Part shown: positions 21,785 through 34,197 of the stretch, one piece after another
Layout: every line of letters starts with the position of its first letter
How positions within the stretch are numbered: the first letter of the stretch is position 1
Assembly (NCBI RefSeq): GCF_963921235.1
Contig: NC_086097.1
Coordinates: forward strand, 62,126,001-62,190,000
Reading direction: 5' to 3'
Source of the DNA: Mobula hypostoma
Lineage: Eukaryota
DNA length: 64,000 bases
Notes under the pieces: model-generated
Told to the model about the DNA's origin: nothing
Database searches by the model: none
The model's input: only the letters and a program-made list of their open reading frames with translations
Made by a program: the position numbers and the translations under genes

Positions 21785-24700
21785 CACGTCCGCGGTCCTC
21801 CCCATCTCTCCACCGTCCTCCTCGTTTCTCCTCCAACTCCCCGTCTCTCCTCCGTCCTCCCCGTCTCTCCACCGTCCTCCACGTCTCTCCTCTGACCTCC
21901 TGCCAAAACCCCCGTCCACCATCCTCCCGGTCTCTCCTCCGACTCCCCGCCAAAAACCCCGTCCACCGTCCTCCCCGTCTCTCCACCAACTCCCCCCAAA
22001 AACCCCGTCCACCGTCCTCCTTGTCTCTCCACCGACACCTCGTCTCTCCTCCGACTCCCCACCAAAAATCCACGCACATCCGCCATCCTCCCCTTTCTCT
22101 CCTCCGACTCCCCGCAAAAACCCCGTCCGCTGTCCTCCCCGTCTCTCCTCCGAGTGCCCGCCAAAAACCCAGTCCACCATCCCCCCGTCTCTCCTCCGAC
22201 TCCCCCCAAAAACCCCGTCCACCGTCCTCCCCGTCTCTCCACCGTCTTCCCCGTCTCTCCTCTGACTCCCCGTCTCTCCACCATTCTCCCAGTCTCTCCT
22301 CCGACTCCCCGACAAAAACTCGTCCACTGTCCTCCTCGTCTCTCCTCCGACTCCCCATCTCTCCTCCGTCCTCCCCGTCTCTCCACCGTCCTCCTCGTCT
22401 CTCCACCATCCTCCTCGTCTCTCCTCCGACTCCCCGTCTCTGCACCGTCCTCCTCGTCTCTCCTCCAACTCCCCGTCTCTCCTCCGTCCTCCCCGTCTCT
22501 CCACCGTCCTCCACGTCTCTCCTCTGACCTCCTGCCAAAACCCCCGTCCACCATCCTCCCGGTCTCTCCTCCAACTCACCGCCAAAAACCCCGTCCACCG
22601 TCCTCCCTGTCTCTCCACCAACTCCCCCCAAAAACCCCGTCCACCGTCCTCCTTGTCTCTCCACCGACTCCCCGTCTCTCCTCCGACTCCCCACCAAAAA
22701 CCCCCGCACATCCGCCATCCTCCCCGTCTCTCCTCCGACTCCCCGCAAAAACCCCGTCCACTGTCCTCCCCGTCTCTCCACCGTCCTCCCCGTCTCTCCT
22801 CCGACTCCCCACCAAAAACCCCTGCACGTCCGCCGTCCTCCCCGTCTCTCCTCCGACTCCCCCCAAAAACCCCGTCCACTGTCCTCCCCATCTCTCCTCC
22901 GACTCCCCCCAAAAAACCAGTCCACCATCCTCCCCGTCTCTCCTCCGACTCCCCCCAAAAACCCAGTCCACTATCCTCCCCGTCTCTCCTCCGACTCCCC
23001 CCAAAAACCCCGTCCACCGTCCTCCCCGTCTCTCCTCCGACTCCCCGTCAAAAACCCCATCCACCGTCCTCCTCATCTCTCCACCGACTCCCCGTCTCTC
23101 CTCTGACTCCCCACCAAAAACCCCCGCACGTCCGCTGGCCTCCCCGTCTCTCCTCCGACTCCCCCCAAAAACCCCGTCCACCGTCCTCCCCGTATCTCCT
23201 CCGACTCCCCCCAAAAACCCCGTACACCGTCCTCCCCGTCTCTCCTCCGACTCCCCGTCAAAAACCCCGTCCGCCGTCCTCCTCGTCTCTCCTCCGACTC
23301 CCCGTCTCTCCACCGTCCTCCCTGTCTCTCCTCCGACTCCCCGCCAAAAACCTCGTCCACCGTCCTCCTCGTCTCTCCTCCGACTCCCCCCAAAAACCCC
23401 GTCCACCGTCCTCCCCGTCTCTCTACCGTCCTCCCCGTCTCTCCTCCGACTCCCCGTCTCTCCACCATTCTCCCAGTCTCTCCTCCGACTCCCCGACAAA
23501 AACTCGTCCACTGTCCTACTCGTCTCTCCTCCGACTCCCCATCTCTCCTCCGTCCTCCCCGTCTCTCCACCGTCCTCCTCATCTCTCCACCGTCCTCCTC
23601 GTCTCTCCTCCGACTCCCCGTCTCTCCACCGTCCTCCTCGTCTCTCCTCCAACTCCCCGTCTCTCCTCTGTCCTCCCCGTCTCTCCATCATCCTCCACGT
23701 CTCTCCTCTGACCTCCTGCCAGAACCCCCGTCCACCATCCTCCCGGTCTCTCCTCCGACTCCCCGCCAAAATCTCCGTCCGCCGTCCTCCCCGTCTCTCC
23801 TCCGACTCCCCACCAAAAACCCCTGCACGTCCGCCGTCCTCCCCGTCTCTCCTCCGACTCCCCCCAAAAACCCCGTCCACTGTCCTCCTCGTCTCTCCTC
23901 CGACTCCCCACCAAAAACCCCCGCCCGTCCACCGTCCTCCCCGTCTCTCCTCCGACTCCCCGTCAAAAACCCCATCCACCGTCCTCCTCATCTCTCCACC
24001 GACTCCCCGTCTCTCCTCTGACTCCCCACCAAAAACCCCCGCACGTCCGTCGTCCTTCTCGTCTCTCCTCCGACTCCCCCCAAAAACCCCCGCACGTCCA
24101 CCGTCCTCCCCGTCTCTCCTCCGACTCCCACCAAAAATCCCCGCACGTCCGCTGGCCTCCCCGTCTCTCCTCCGACTCCCCCCAAAAACCCCGTCCACCG
24201 TCCTCCTCGTCTCTCCTCCGACTGCCCGCCAAAAACCCCGTCCACCGTCCTCCCCGTCTCTCCTCCGACTCCCCGTCAAAAACCCCGTCCGCCGTCCTCC
24301 CCGTCTCTCCTCCGACTCCCCGTCTCTCCACCGTCCTCCCTGTCTCTCCTCCGACTCCCCGCCATAAACCTCGTCCACCGTCCTCCTCGTCTCTCCTCCG
24401 ACTCCCCGTCAAAAACCCCTGCACGTCCACCGTCCTCCTCGTCTCTCCTCCGACTTCCCCCAAAAATCCCCACCCATCCGCCGTCCTCCCCGTCTCTCCA
24501 CCGTCCTCCCCGTCTCTCCTCCGACTCCCCGTCTCTCCACTGTCCTCCCCGTCTCTCCTCCGACTCCCCGTCTCTCCGCCGTCCTCCCCGTCTCTCCTCC
24601 GACTCCCCGCCAAAAACCCCGTTCACCGTCCTCCTCGTCTCTCCTCCGACTCCCCGCCAAAACCCCGTTCACCGTCCTCCTCGTCTCTCCTCCGACTCCC

Positions 24701-25960
24701 CGTCAAAAACCCCGTCCGCCGTCCTCCCCGTCTCTCCTCCGACTCCCCGTCTCTCCACCGTCCTCCTTGTCTCTCCTCCGACTCCCCGCCATAAACCTCG
24801 TCCACCGTCCTCCTCGTCTCTCCTCCGACTCCCCGTCAAAAACTCCTGCACGTCCACCGTCCTCCTCGTCTCTCCTCCGACTCCCCCCAAAAATCCCTAC
24901 CCGTCCACCGTCCTCCCCGTCTCTCCACCGTCCTCCCCGTCTCTCCTCCGACTCCCCGTCTCTCCGCCGTCCTCCCCGTCTCTCCTCCGACTCCCCGCCA
25001 AAAACCCCGTCCACCGTCCTCCTCGTCTCTCCTCCGACTCCCCGCCAAAACCCCGTCCACCGTCCTCCCCGTCTCTCCTTCGACTCCCCGTCAAAAACCC
25101 CGTCCGCCGTCCTCCCCGTCTCTCCTCCGACTCCCTGTCTCTCCACCGTCCTCCTCGTCTCTCCTCCGACTCCCCGTCAAAAACCCCTGCACGTCCACCG
25201 TCCTCCTCGTCTCTCCTCCGACTCCCCCCAAAAATCCCCACCCGTCCGCCGTCCTCCCCGTCTCTCCACTGTCCTCCCCGTCTCTCATCCAACTCCCCGT
25301 CTCTCCGCCGTCCTCCCCGTCTCTCCTCCAACTCCCCACCAAAAACCCCGTCCACCGTCCTCCCCGTCTCTCCTCCGACTCCCCCCAAAAACCCCGTCCA
25401 CCGTCCTCCTCGTCTCTCCTCCGACTGCCCCCAAAAATCCCCACCCATCCACCGTCCTCCCCGTCTCTCCACCGTCCTCCCCGTCTCTCCTCCGACTCCC
25501 CGTCTCTCTTCCAACTCCCCGTCTCTCCGCCGTCCTCCCCGTCTCTCCTCTGACTCCCCGCCAAAAACACCGTCCACCGTCCTCCTCGTCTCTCCTCCGA
25601 CTCCCCGCCAAAACCCCGTCCACCGTCCTCCCCGTCTCTCCTCCGACTCCCCGTCAAAAACCCCGTCCGCCGTCCTCCCCGTCTCTCCTCCGACTCCCCG
25701 TCTCTCCACCGTCCTCCCTGTCTCTCCTCCGACTCCCCGCCATAAACCTCGTCCACCGTCCTCCTCGTCTCTCCTCCGACTCCCCGTCAAAAACCCCTGC
25801 ACGTCCACCGTCCTCCTCGTCTCTCCTCCGACTCCCCCCAAAAATCCCCACGTGTCCGCCGTCCTCCCCGTCTCTCCACTGTCCTCCCCGTCTCTCCTCC
25901 AACTCCCCGTCTCTCCGCCGTCCTCCCCGTCTCTCCTCCGACTCCCCACCAAAAACCCCG
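21785..25960. repeat. Expanded complex C/T-rich minisatellite inside the 3' LTR
   Basis: Irregular array of ~20-bp modules (cgtctctcctccgactcccc; cgtctctccaccgtcctccc) and longer modules containing aaaaacccc; ~4.2 kb. Confidence 0.95.
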
Positions 25961-28900
25961 TAGCTGGACGAACTTTACCTTCTGATCATACCTCCTTTTA
26001 TTCCGCTGGTTCTGCTTGGTGGCTGCTGCCTCAGCCAACTCGTACGCCCTTTTCAACTCTCTCCTCATATCGGACATGTACTTCAGACACGGCTTCGAAG
26101 GTATTTCCCCCGCTTCAGTCCCAAAACACAGATCAATGGGCAATCTCGCTTCCCGTCCGAACATCAGATAGTAGGGCGAGTACCCCGTAGCATCATTGTG
26201 AGTACAATTGTAACAATGAACCAAATGGGCGATGTGCCGACTCCACTTACTCTTCTGTCCAATCTCCAAGGTGCCGAGCATGTCCAGCAGGGTCCGGTTA
26301 AACCTCTCGGGTTGAGGATCACCCTGCGGGTGATAGGGGGTGGTTCTGGATTTCTCAACCCCAAGCATATCCAGTAATTCATGGATAAGCCTGCTCTCGA
26401 AGTCCCATCCCTGACCACTATGGATCCGCCGGGGAAGGCCATAATGAACAAAGTACTTCTCCCGTAACACCTTCACCACTGTAGTCGCTTTCTGGTCCTT
26501 AGTGGGAAACGCCCGAGCATATCCAGTGTAGTGATCCGTGAGGACCAAGGCGTTCGTGGTGTTGCTGGTGTCTGGCTCAATAGACAGGAAATCCATACAC
26601 ACCAGGTCCATGGGTCCCGCACTCTGCAAGTGGGATAACGGGGCCGCCTGTGCAGGCAGGGTCTTCCTCCTGACGCAACGGCTACAGGTCTTACAGTATT
26701 CTTCCACCTCCCCTCTCATCCGGGGCCAGTAAAACCGGTCCTTGACTAATCCATAGGTCTTCTCTACCCCCAAGTGCCCGGAATCATCATGTAGAGCCTG
26801 GAGCACAGTCTTCCGATACTTCTCAGGCTGACCAGCTGCCAGCGCCGGGGGTGGTCCGGAGGCGACGTGACCCGGTACAGGACGTGGTTCTTCAGCTTCA
26901 ACCGGGGCCACTCCTTCAGTAGTAGGGGAACGGAGGCATGTTTCGCCTTCTCCACCTGCCCCATATCACCCCGGCTAACCGTGTACCAGATAGTGCCAAT
27001 GCTCGGGTCATCACGCTGAGCCACCCCCTCTTCCTGGGGACTCAACTCCGGCAGCTGCCTGTTCCTCAGAGCAGTCACATTACAGTAAACAGTGGGCAGC
27101 GCGTCATCATCAACCCCCAATTGATCCACTGCCCTATCCGTTCGCATCGGGGCTCCTACTTCCCCGTCGCTCCCAACTTGACACATGGCCTTTACTCCCG
27201 GGGCAGGGACACTCTTCCACTCCTCAGCCATGCCCGACTCGTCGTGCGCCCGACGAGACAGGGCATCTACATCGATGTTCTGACTCCCCGGGCGGTACTT
27301 CAGGCTGAACTCATAGGCAGACAAGGCTGCTAACCATGGTGCCCAGTAGCGTCCAGCTTTGCCGAGGTCAGGATATAAGTGAGGGGGTTGTTGTCAGTTC
27401 TCACCTTAAACTGGGCCCCATATAGGTAGTCACTCAACTTGTCCACCACCGCCCATTTCAACGCCAAGAACTCCAGCTTGTGAGTGGGATAGTTTCTCTC
27501 AGATGGCGACAAGCTCCGGCTGACAAACACTACCGGCCTCAATCCGTTGCCCTGTTCCTGGTACAGGACAGCCCCCAGACCCTCGTGACTGGCATCAGTG
27601 TGTTCCGGGGATCAGCAAAAGCCAACACTGGGGCCTGTGTCAGCGCCCTTTTCAGAGATTGGAACGCCTCCTCACATTGAGCATCCCACCTCAATCCAAA
27701 AGGCTCCCCCGGGTTCAGGTATCCTCCTACCTCCGACCCTCGGTCTCCCTTCCTCCTCCTCCCCACAGGTGGATAACCACACAACAGCTGGTTCAGCGGA
27801 TGACTCATTTTCGCATATCCTTTCACGAATCGCCGGTAATATCCGCAAAACCCCAAAAACGAGCGTAAGGCGCTCACCTTCTGAGGTCTCGGCCAGGTGG
27901 TTACTGCGGCTATCTTACCCGGATCAGTGGCCACTCCATTTCGCGAGATTATGTGCCCGACATAGCTGACCGACGTCTTACAGAACTGACATTTATCCAG
28001 GGAAAGTTTTAACCCTTCCTCCTTCAGCCGACTCAGCACCTTCAGCAGCCGCTCCTCATGTTCCTCCAACGTAGATCCAAACACTATCAGGTCGTCCAGG
28101 TACACCAATACCTCCAGCAGGTTCATGTCCCCCACTGTCTGCTCTATGAGCCGCTGAAAGGTGGCTGGGGCCCCCGAGATGCCTTGGGGCATTCGTTCGA
28201 ACTGGAAAAATCCCAGGGGGCAGATAAAGGCCATCTTCTCTTTACCGGTCTCACTCATCGGAATCTAGGAATACCCACTCCGCAAATCCAATATGGTAAA
28301 CCACTGCACCCCACTCAGACAGGCCAAGGCATCTTCCACCCTCGGGACCGTATATTGGTCGGGAACAGTGCGCCGGTTCAGGGTCCTGTAGTCCACGCAC
28401 ATGCGTACCTTCCCATTTTTCTTCCTTGCCACCACTATGGGGGACGCATAGGGGCTTCGGGACTCCGCGATAATCCCTGCATCCTTCAACTGCCGCAAGT
28501 GCTGCCGCACATCTTCCACACCTGCTGGGGCCAATCGCCGTGACATTTCTCTAAACGTGGTGTCATTTGTCACTTGGATAGTGTGCCAAGTGCTCTTGGA
28601 ACATCCCACATCAAACTCGCCCTGAGAAAAAACACCCCCTAACTTCAGCATCTTCTCCACCAGCCTGCTCTTATACGCCGGCGGTACAGGGGAGTCTTCA
28701 AAATTAAAGGCCTCCTCGGTCAGCCGCCCCCCGTTCTCCAATAGTTTTCCTCCAGTGGGCTTCACGGGGGCGCTGGACATCACCATCACTGGGAACAAGT
28801 GCACGAGGGGCATCCCGCGCTTAAAGGTGATCTCCCTCTCCGTTATGTTCCTTACCATCACCCCCATCCGCCGTGCCTGTACAGCTGAGGGCCTCTGCAA

Positions 28901-29029
28901 TTCAGGTCTCACCAGTGCTCCATCCGGAATTTGGGCTTGTTCTTTCTGGGGTTCCATAGCGGGTTTCTGGGAACGTGTTCCTCCTGAGACTCCAGTCCAT
29001 TCCCTCACTGAGCCTCTCCTAAGTTTCCC
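25961..29029 (-). pseudogene. pol: pol of the PNMA-type Gypsy element (protease deleted, integrase C-terminus truncated)
   Basis: SPYASPIVV, MCVDYRTLN, LDLRSGY, MPQGISGAPATFQ, LVYLDDLIVF, YPTHKLEFLALKW, HDDSGH...CSRC, CMDFLSIE, TTPYHPQGDPQPERFNRTL. Confidence 0.92.
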
Positions 29030-30318
29030 AATACCTCTACCTTCTTAGTAGCCCGGGGGCCCTCCCCCCTCGGAGCATCTCATCTCTCACAATCCCTGCG
29101 CAAGTGACCCGCTTCCCCACAGCTGTAGCACACCCCCTTCCACTCACATTCCCGCCGGAAATGCCCCTCTCTCCCAGAGTTATAGCACCCACTACCCGCC
29201 GCCTCTCTCCTCCCGATACACTCCCTCGGGGACCCCTTAGATTTCTCTGATCTCACCCCGGCTACGACCTCCTGAACCGCTGAAGACCATCCCCGGGGGT
29301 CCGAGCCCCCTGGTCGGCCCAAAGCACTCTCCTCTGCCCGTACCTCTCTAATCAGCTGCCCGAATGATGGAGGGGGTCTCCACTTAAATGACTGCCGGAT
29401 ACTCCAAGCCACCCTGTCATCCTCCCGGGAACCTCTACATATCTGGCTCATCCTCAACTTCGCCACTTCGTCCTCCCTCACTACCCCTCGTCGCCGCAGC
29501 CCCGTAAGCTTTCCTTCCAGCCGGAAAACGTATTCTGAGAGCTTGTCTCCTCTCCTCTGCCCCATTTGTTGAAACTCCGCTAAATATTTCCAGGGATCTC
29601 CTGACAGTCCAAACACTTCCTCCAAAGCGTCCAAACACTCCGATAGGGAAGCCGAAGGGGCGTGCCGCTCTCAAATCCCAGACCACACGGGCTGCCCCGC
29701 CCCTTAAGTTTCCACCAGTCGCTGTCTCTTTTCCTCATCCGAAACTGGCCACACCTCTAACAACTGGGATGTATCCTCAATCCAGGTATCATATTCATCC
29801 TCCCCTCCCGGGGTGGGCCTGGCTCCCGAGAAAATTCTCAGCTTCGGGCGGGGCCCCTCAACCCTTCTCGCCAGGGAGGTAATGGCAGCCGCTAACTCAG
29901 AGGTCTCAGCACGTCCAGGGGGATAGGGCCTGGCCAAGCCTTCCCACTCCACTCCTCCACCCCTGGCTACTGGTACCTCCCCTGGGGCCTCATCTAGCTC
30001 CTCCTCCGGCACCTCCTCACTTGCGTCCTCCGGGAGGGTGTGGAGACCCCACGGCCCTGCCTCCCCCTGGACGTGGACTGTCGCTGGTAGTTCCAAAGTC
30101 ATGACGTCGGCACTCGTCCGCACCAACATCCATCTGGACTCCAGTTCTTTCCCACCCCTACTAGCTATAAGTTCTACCTGCCCGATACCTTTAATCAAAC
30201 TCAACCCTCGCACCAGTACCTCTGCCGGAATGCAATAATCGACCCCACTTAGCATGCATGCATGATTCACCGGTACCACCTCCAATTCACACCAATTTAC
30301 AATCTTATCTCGATCCAT
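29020..30318 (-). pseudogene. gag: gag, PNMA (paraneoplastic Ma antigen)-like, two CCHC knuckles; one frameshift and one stop
   Basis: MDRDKIVNWCELEVVPVNHACMLSGV N-terminal domain; KLRIFSG...EYDTW...WPVSDEEKRQRLVE capsid region; QRRGDKLSEYVFRLE; CYNSGREGHFRREC and CYSCGEAGHLRRDC. Confidence 0.9.
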
Positions 30319-30366
30319 CTTCACACCACTTAACACGACGACTATTACAGCTTTACCGAAAATCCA

Positions 30367-30387
30367 AATCCAGGACAGTAGCCCCCA
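30367..30387 (-). promoter_or_regulatory. Primer-binding site, tRNA-Pro-like
   Basis: TGGGGGCTactgtcctggatt, 2 nt from the LTR, versus the Pro PBS TGGGGGCTCGTCCGGGAT. Confidence 0.7.
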
Positions 30388-30389
30388 CT

Positions 30390-31702
30390 TGTAACGATCC
30401 GTTATATTGGCTCGTGTATGTCTAGGGGAAATCCTACACAGCACCTGTCTCAACACTCCCCACAGGGTCGGTTGCCGCCCGAATCAATCCCAAACATCAA
30501 TCATCAGCCAGCGCACCCAGTAAATTTTAACAAGTACACTTTACAGATATTACTAATTCTATGACATTAATATAAATTCGATATAGAAAGGAAAGTAATG
30601 GAAAAAAACGGCGCCAACAATTATCAAAGTCCAAGTTCTTTGCGCACTACCATTGGAGCTCAATCGAATCTGGACGACCACCTGGATCCTGTCGACTCAC
30701 GGCTCGGGACCACCGAAGTGATCGACCGGAGCCTTTCCGCACGTCCGCCGTCCTCCCCGTCTCTCCTCCGACTCCCCATCTCTCCACCGTCCTCCCCGTC
30801 TCTCCTCTGACTCCTCGTCTCTCCACCGACTCCACATCTCTCCACCATCCTCCCGTTTCTCCTCCGACTCCCCGCCAAAAACCCCGTCCGCCATCCTCCC
30901 CATCTCTCCTCTGACTCCCCGTCAAAAACCCCGTCCACCGTCCTCTCCGTCTCTCCTCCGACTTCTCGTCTCTCCTCTGACTCCCCGTCTCTCCACCAAC
31001 TCCCCGTCTCTCCACCGTCCTCCCTGTCTCTCCTCCGCCTCTCCGTCTCTCCACCAACTCCCCGTCTCTCCACCGTCCTCCCTGTCTCTCCTCCGCCTCC
31101 CCGTCTCTCCACCGACTCCCCATCTCTCCACCGTCCTCCCCATCTCTCCTCCGACTCCCCGTCTCTCCACCGACTCCCTGTCTCTCCACTGTCCTCCCCG
31201 TCTCTCCTCCAACTCCCCGCCAAAAACCCCCGCACGTCCACTGTCCTCCCCGTCTCTCCTCCGACTCCCCATCTCTCCACCAACTCCCCGTCAAAACCCC
31301 CATGCACCGTCCTCCCCGTCTCTCCTCCGACTCCCCGCCAAAAACCCCCGCACGTCCACCGTCTTCCCCGTCTCTCCTCCAACTCCCCGTCAAAACCCCC
31401 ATGCACCGTCCTCCTCGTCTCTCCTCCGACTCCCCGCCAAAAACCCCCGCACATCCACCGTCCTCCCCGTCTCTCTTCCGATTCCCCATCTCTCCTCCGA
31501 CTCCCCGCCAAGAACCCCCGTCCCCAGTCTTATGATACAGCATGGTATCCGAAAACAAAACGATACATGACTACCCATTGGCTAATAGCACCCTGCTATC
31601 TCTAATAACCCAAGCAACTGTCTAGTTAGAGACTGTCTCAGCATTCCCCAGTATAACATAACAAAAGAAGCCATTTTAAATTTTAAAAAAAGACCCCATA
31701 CA
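30390..31702 (-). repeat. 5' LTR of the PNMA-type element, with ~0.8 kb of the same minisatellite (about 30740-31525)
   Basis: 30390-30745 is a close copy of 21434-21790. Confidence 0.92.
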
Positions 31703-31805
31703 CTGCATATTTTATACATTGAGTTTATGTTACATGATGAGCTGATTAGGTATTTATATTAGGAATTAGGTGTACAGCTGTACCTAGTAAAGTGGACATT
31801 AAGTG
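31703..31805. mobile_element. Tc1-like non-autonomous element, right part
   Basis: Ends in TIR-like agtaaagtggacattaagtg followed by TA. Confidence 0.7.
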
Positions 31806-32489
31806 TACGTCATTGGGAGTAAAATATGGGAGGCCTCAAAAGGGAATTATACAGGGACTCAAGAGAGAATAATTTGAATGGCTTTGAGGAATGAGCAGGA
31901 GAATTTGGGTGACGGACGTCCATTGAACTAGGTGGGTTTCTACAATGAGGCAGTATATTATTGATGACCTTTTTCTATTCCAGATTTTGTTTAATTGCTT
32001 GAAATAAAATCTCAGCTGCCATAATGGTATTGAAAATCAGATTTCTGGATTGAGGATACAAAACTCTGACTGCTAGTCCAGTGACTTAACCTGTATGATA
32101 CTATAGCCTCTGCCCAAATCGGTTTATTCATATAACATTTAATTTGCCTCCTTTCAATTTCAAAAGTTTAGCTGCTTTAAATTTGAGATTATCCGCAGCA
32201 CTGATATTCCTCCCCAGTCTTGTTCTAGCATCAAGTCACATCCACTCTTCACCCTACCATTAAGCAGCAACCATTATCCTTATCTATCAGTCCCTCTGTA
32301 GAAACACTCCTCCATCTCTGTAACTTCCTCCAGAGCTACAAACATCTCAGTTCCCTGCCCATGGATGATATTTGCAGAAGTTTAAGAATGAACAACTGGA
32401 TATGGTACACCCATTCATTCAGAAGTTCTTTCTGATGCTATAGGTGAGAGAGGAATTGATCTGTGGTACTCCATGTGCCAATCCGAATA

Positions 32490-33186
32490 GAGAACTTAGA
32501 ACAGTACAGCAGAGGAGTAGGTCCTGCAGCTCACAATGTTGTGTGATCCAATTGACATAGTAATCAAATGGTTAACCTAACTAATCCTCTCTGCCTTCAC
32601 AATGCCCATATTCTTCCATTTTCCTCACATTCATGTGCCTCTCTAAATCTCTTTTAAAACTCTCTAGTGTATCTACTCTACCACCACCCCAGGCACCCAC
32701 TACTTGATGTGTAAAAAAACTTGCCCCTCACTAATTTCCTATGAAACTATGCCCCCTCACCTTAAGTTCATCCCCTCTGTTATCAGACATTTCAACGCTG
32801 GGAAAAAGATACAGTCTGTCTACTCTACCTATCCCTTTCATGCTCTTATAAACCCTTTTCAAATATTCCCTCAGGCTCTGCTGCTCCAGAGAAAACAACC
32901 GGAATTTCTGCAACCTCTTGTTCTATCACATATCTTCTAATCCAGGCAGCATCCCGGTAAACCTCATGCACTCTCTCCAAAGCCATGATACCTTTCCTAT
33001 AGTGAGTTGATCAGAACTCCAGATGAGGCCTAACTAGAGCTTTAAAAAGATGCAACATAACTTCCTGACTTTTGAACTCAATGCCTCGACTAATTTCATA
33101 AGCATTCCATTAGCCTTCTTAACCACCCTATCAACCTGTGTAACCACTTTCAGGGAGTGATGAACTTGGACCTCAAGATCCCTCTG
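32490..33186 (-). mobile_element. CR1 LINE 3' part (continues 33561-33579 and 38340-38800)
   Basis: Minus ORF LFSLEQQSLRE.LKRVYKSMKGIGRVD..LFPSVEMSDNRG; tail near 32490. Confidence 0.8.
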
Positions 33187-33189
33187 AGG

Positions 33190-33560
33190 CATTACCTATT
33201 TGAATCATACTGAATGGTGAAAGGCCTTGATATACTGGATGTGGAAAGAATGCTTCCTCTGGTGGGAGAGTCTCAGACCAGAGGACACAGCCTCAGAATA
33301 AAGGGGAGTCCTTTTATAACAGAGATGAGGAGGAATTTCTTTGGCCAGAGAGTGGTGAATCTGTGGCATTCTTTGCCACGGGCAGCTGTGGAAGCCAAGT
33401 CTTTATGTGTATTTAAGGCAGAGGTTGATAGATTGTTGATTGGTGAGGGCATGAAGGGATATAGGGAGAAGGCAGGAGACTGTGGCTGAGAGGAAAACTT
33501 AGATCAATCTCTGGGCCAAATCGCCTAACTCTGCTCCTATATCTTACGCTCTATGGTCTT
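33190..33560 (+). mobile_element. CR1 LINE 3' end inserted into the minus-strand CR1
   Basis: ORF 33214-33489 TRGHSLRIKG...RRNFFGQRVVNLWHSLP; tail ctatggtctt. Confidence 0.85.
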
Positions 33561-33579
33561 AGCAATACCGTTAAGGGTC

Positions 33580-33803
33580 AAGGCAAGTCACTTTTTATTG
33601 TCATTTCAACAGAGTACACAATAAAAATGAGACAACATTTTTCAGCGCCATGGTGCTACGTGAATAATACAAAAATTACACTGAACTACGTAAAACAACA
33701 CAAAACTACACTAGACTACAGACCTACCCAGGACTGCATAAAGTGCACAAAATAGTGCAGGTATTACAATAAATAATAAACAAGACAATAGGCACAGCAG
33801 AGG
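33580..33803 (-). mobile_element. Rex/Babar-like LINE 3'UTR fragment (continues 38301-38340)
   Basis: caagtcactttttattgtcatttcaac... resembles the LINE 3' end at 10945-11000. Confidence 0.55.
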
Positions 33804-34045
33804 TGATGCACTATCAACTACTCCAAAAGACTGGAAGTAGAGTAAATAGTGAAAGGCTTTTATTAACAGTAAAATTGACCCACGTCCATGCTGAATATCT
33901 GTCCTGGACTGAGGGAGGAGCAGTCACACAATCACCTTTATTCAGGGGTCTGTGTGAGAAGCCACAGGAGCAGTCAGCAAACAGGCGTGTCCAGGCATGT
34001 CCAGACAGGTAACCCAGTTACAACCTATATACATGGTTTACCACA
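33804..34045 (-). repeat. 3' LTR (242 bp)
   Basis: Direct repeat of 38069-38300 with an extra ~10-bp tgtccaggca duplication. Confidence 0.95.
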
Positions 34046-34197
34046 TTCACCCCTCCTTTTTTTTTAAAAAAAGTCCCACGGGGTGCAGCGACTGACAATA
34101 TTTAAAACAAGTATATTTACAGGTTAAGTCTATCAGGCGGTTGAGTCCGTCGCTGTGATCTACGTAGCACCGGCGGTGATTGCACCGGCGATGGCGG

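Larger units (their letters stand above)
21434..31702 (-). mobile_element. Ty3/Gypsy LTR retrotransposon with PNMA-like gag, minisatellite-bearing LTRs and two internal deletions
   Basis: LTR copies start tgtaacg at 21434 and 30390, and the right one ends ccccataca at 31702; flanking ctg duplicated; tRNA-Pro-like PBS; gag, RT (YLDD), RH and IN on the minus strand. Confidence 0.95.

Noticed and set aside
21785..25960. Possible CRISPR-like repeat-spacer array
   Set aside because: The intervening segments are themselves recurring modules rather than unique spacers; the context is eukaryotic and there are no cas genes.
21625..25963. Very long ORFs (up to 737 aa) rich in Pro/Ser or Arg/Gly/Glu, resembling extensin or mucin-like proteins
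   Set aside because: They are open in several frames on both strands because the minisatellite rarely contains stop codons; the region lies inside an LTR.
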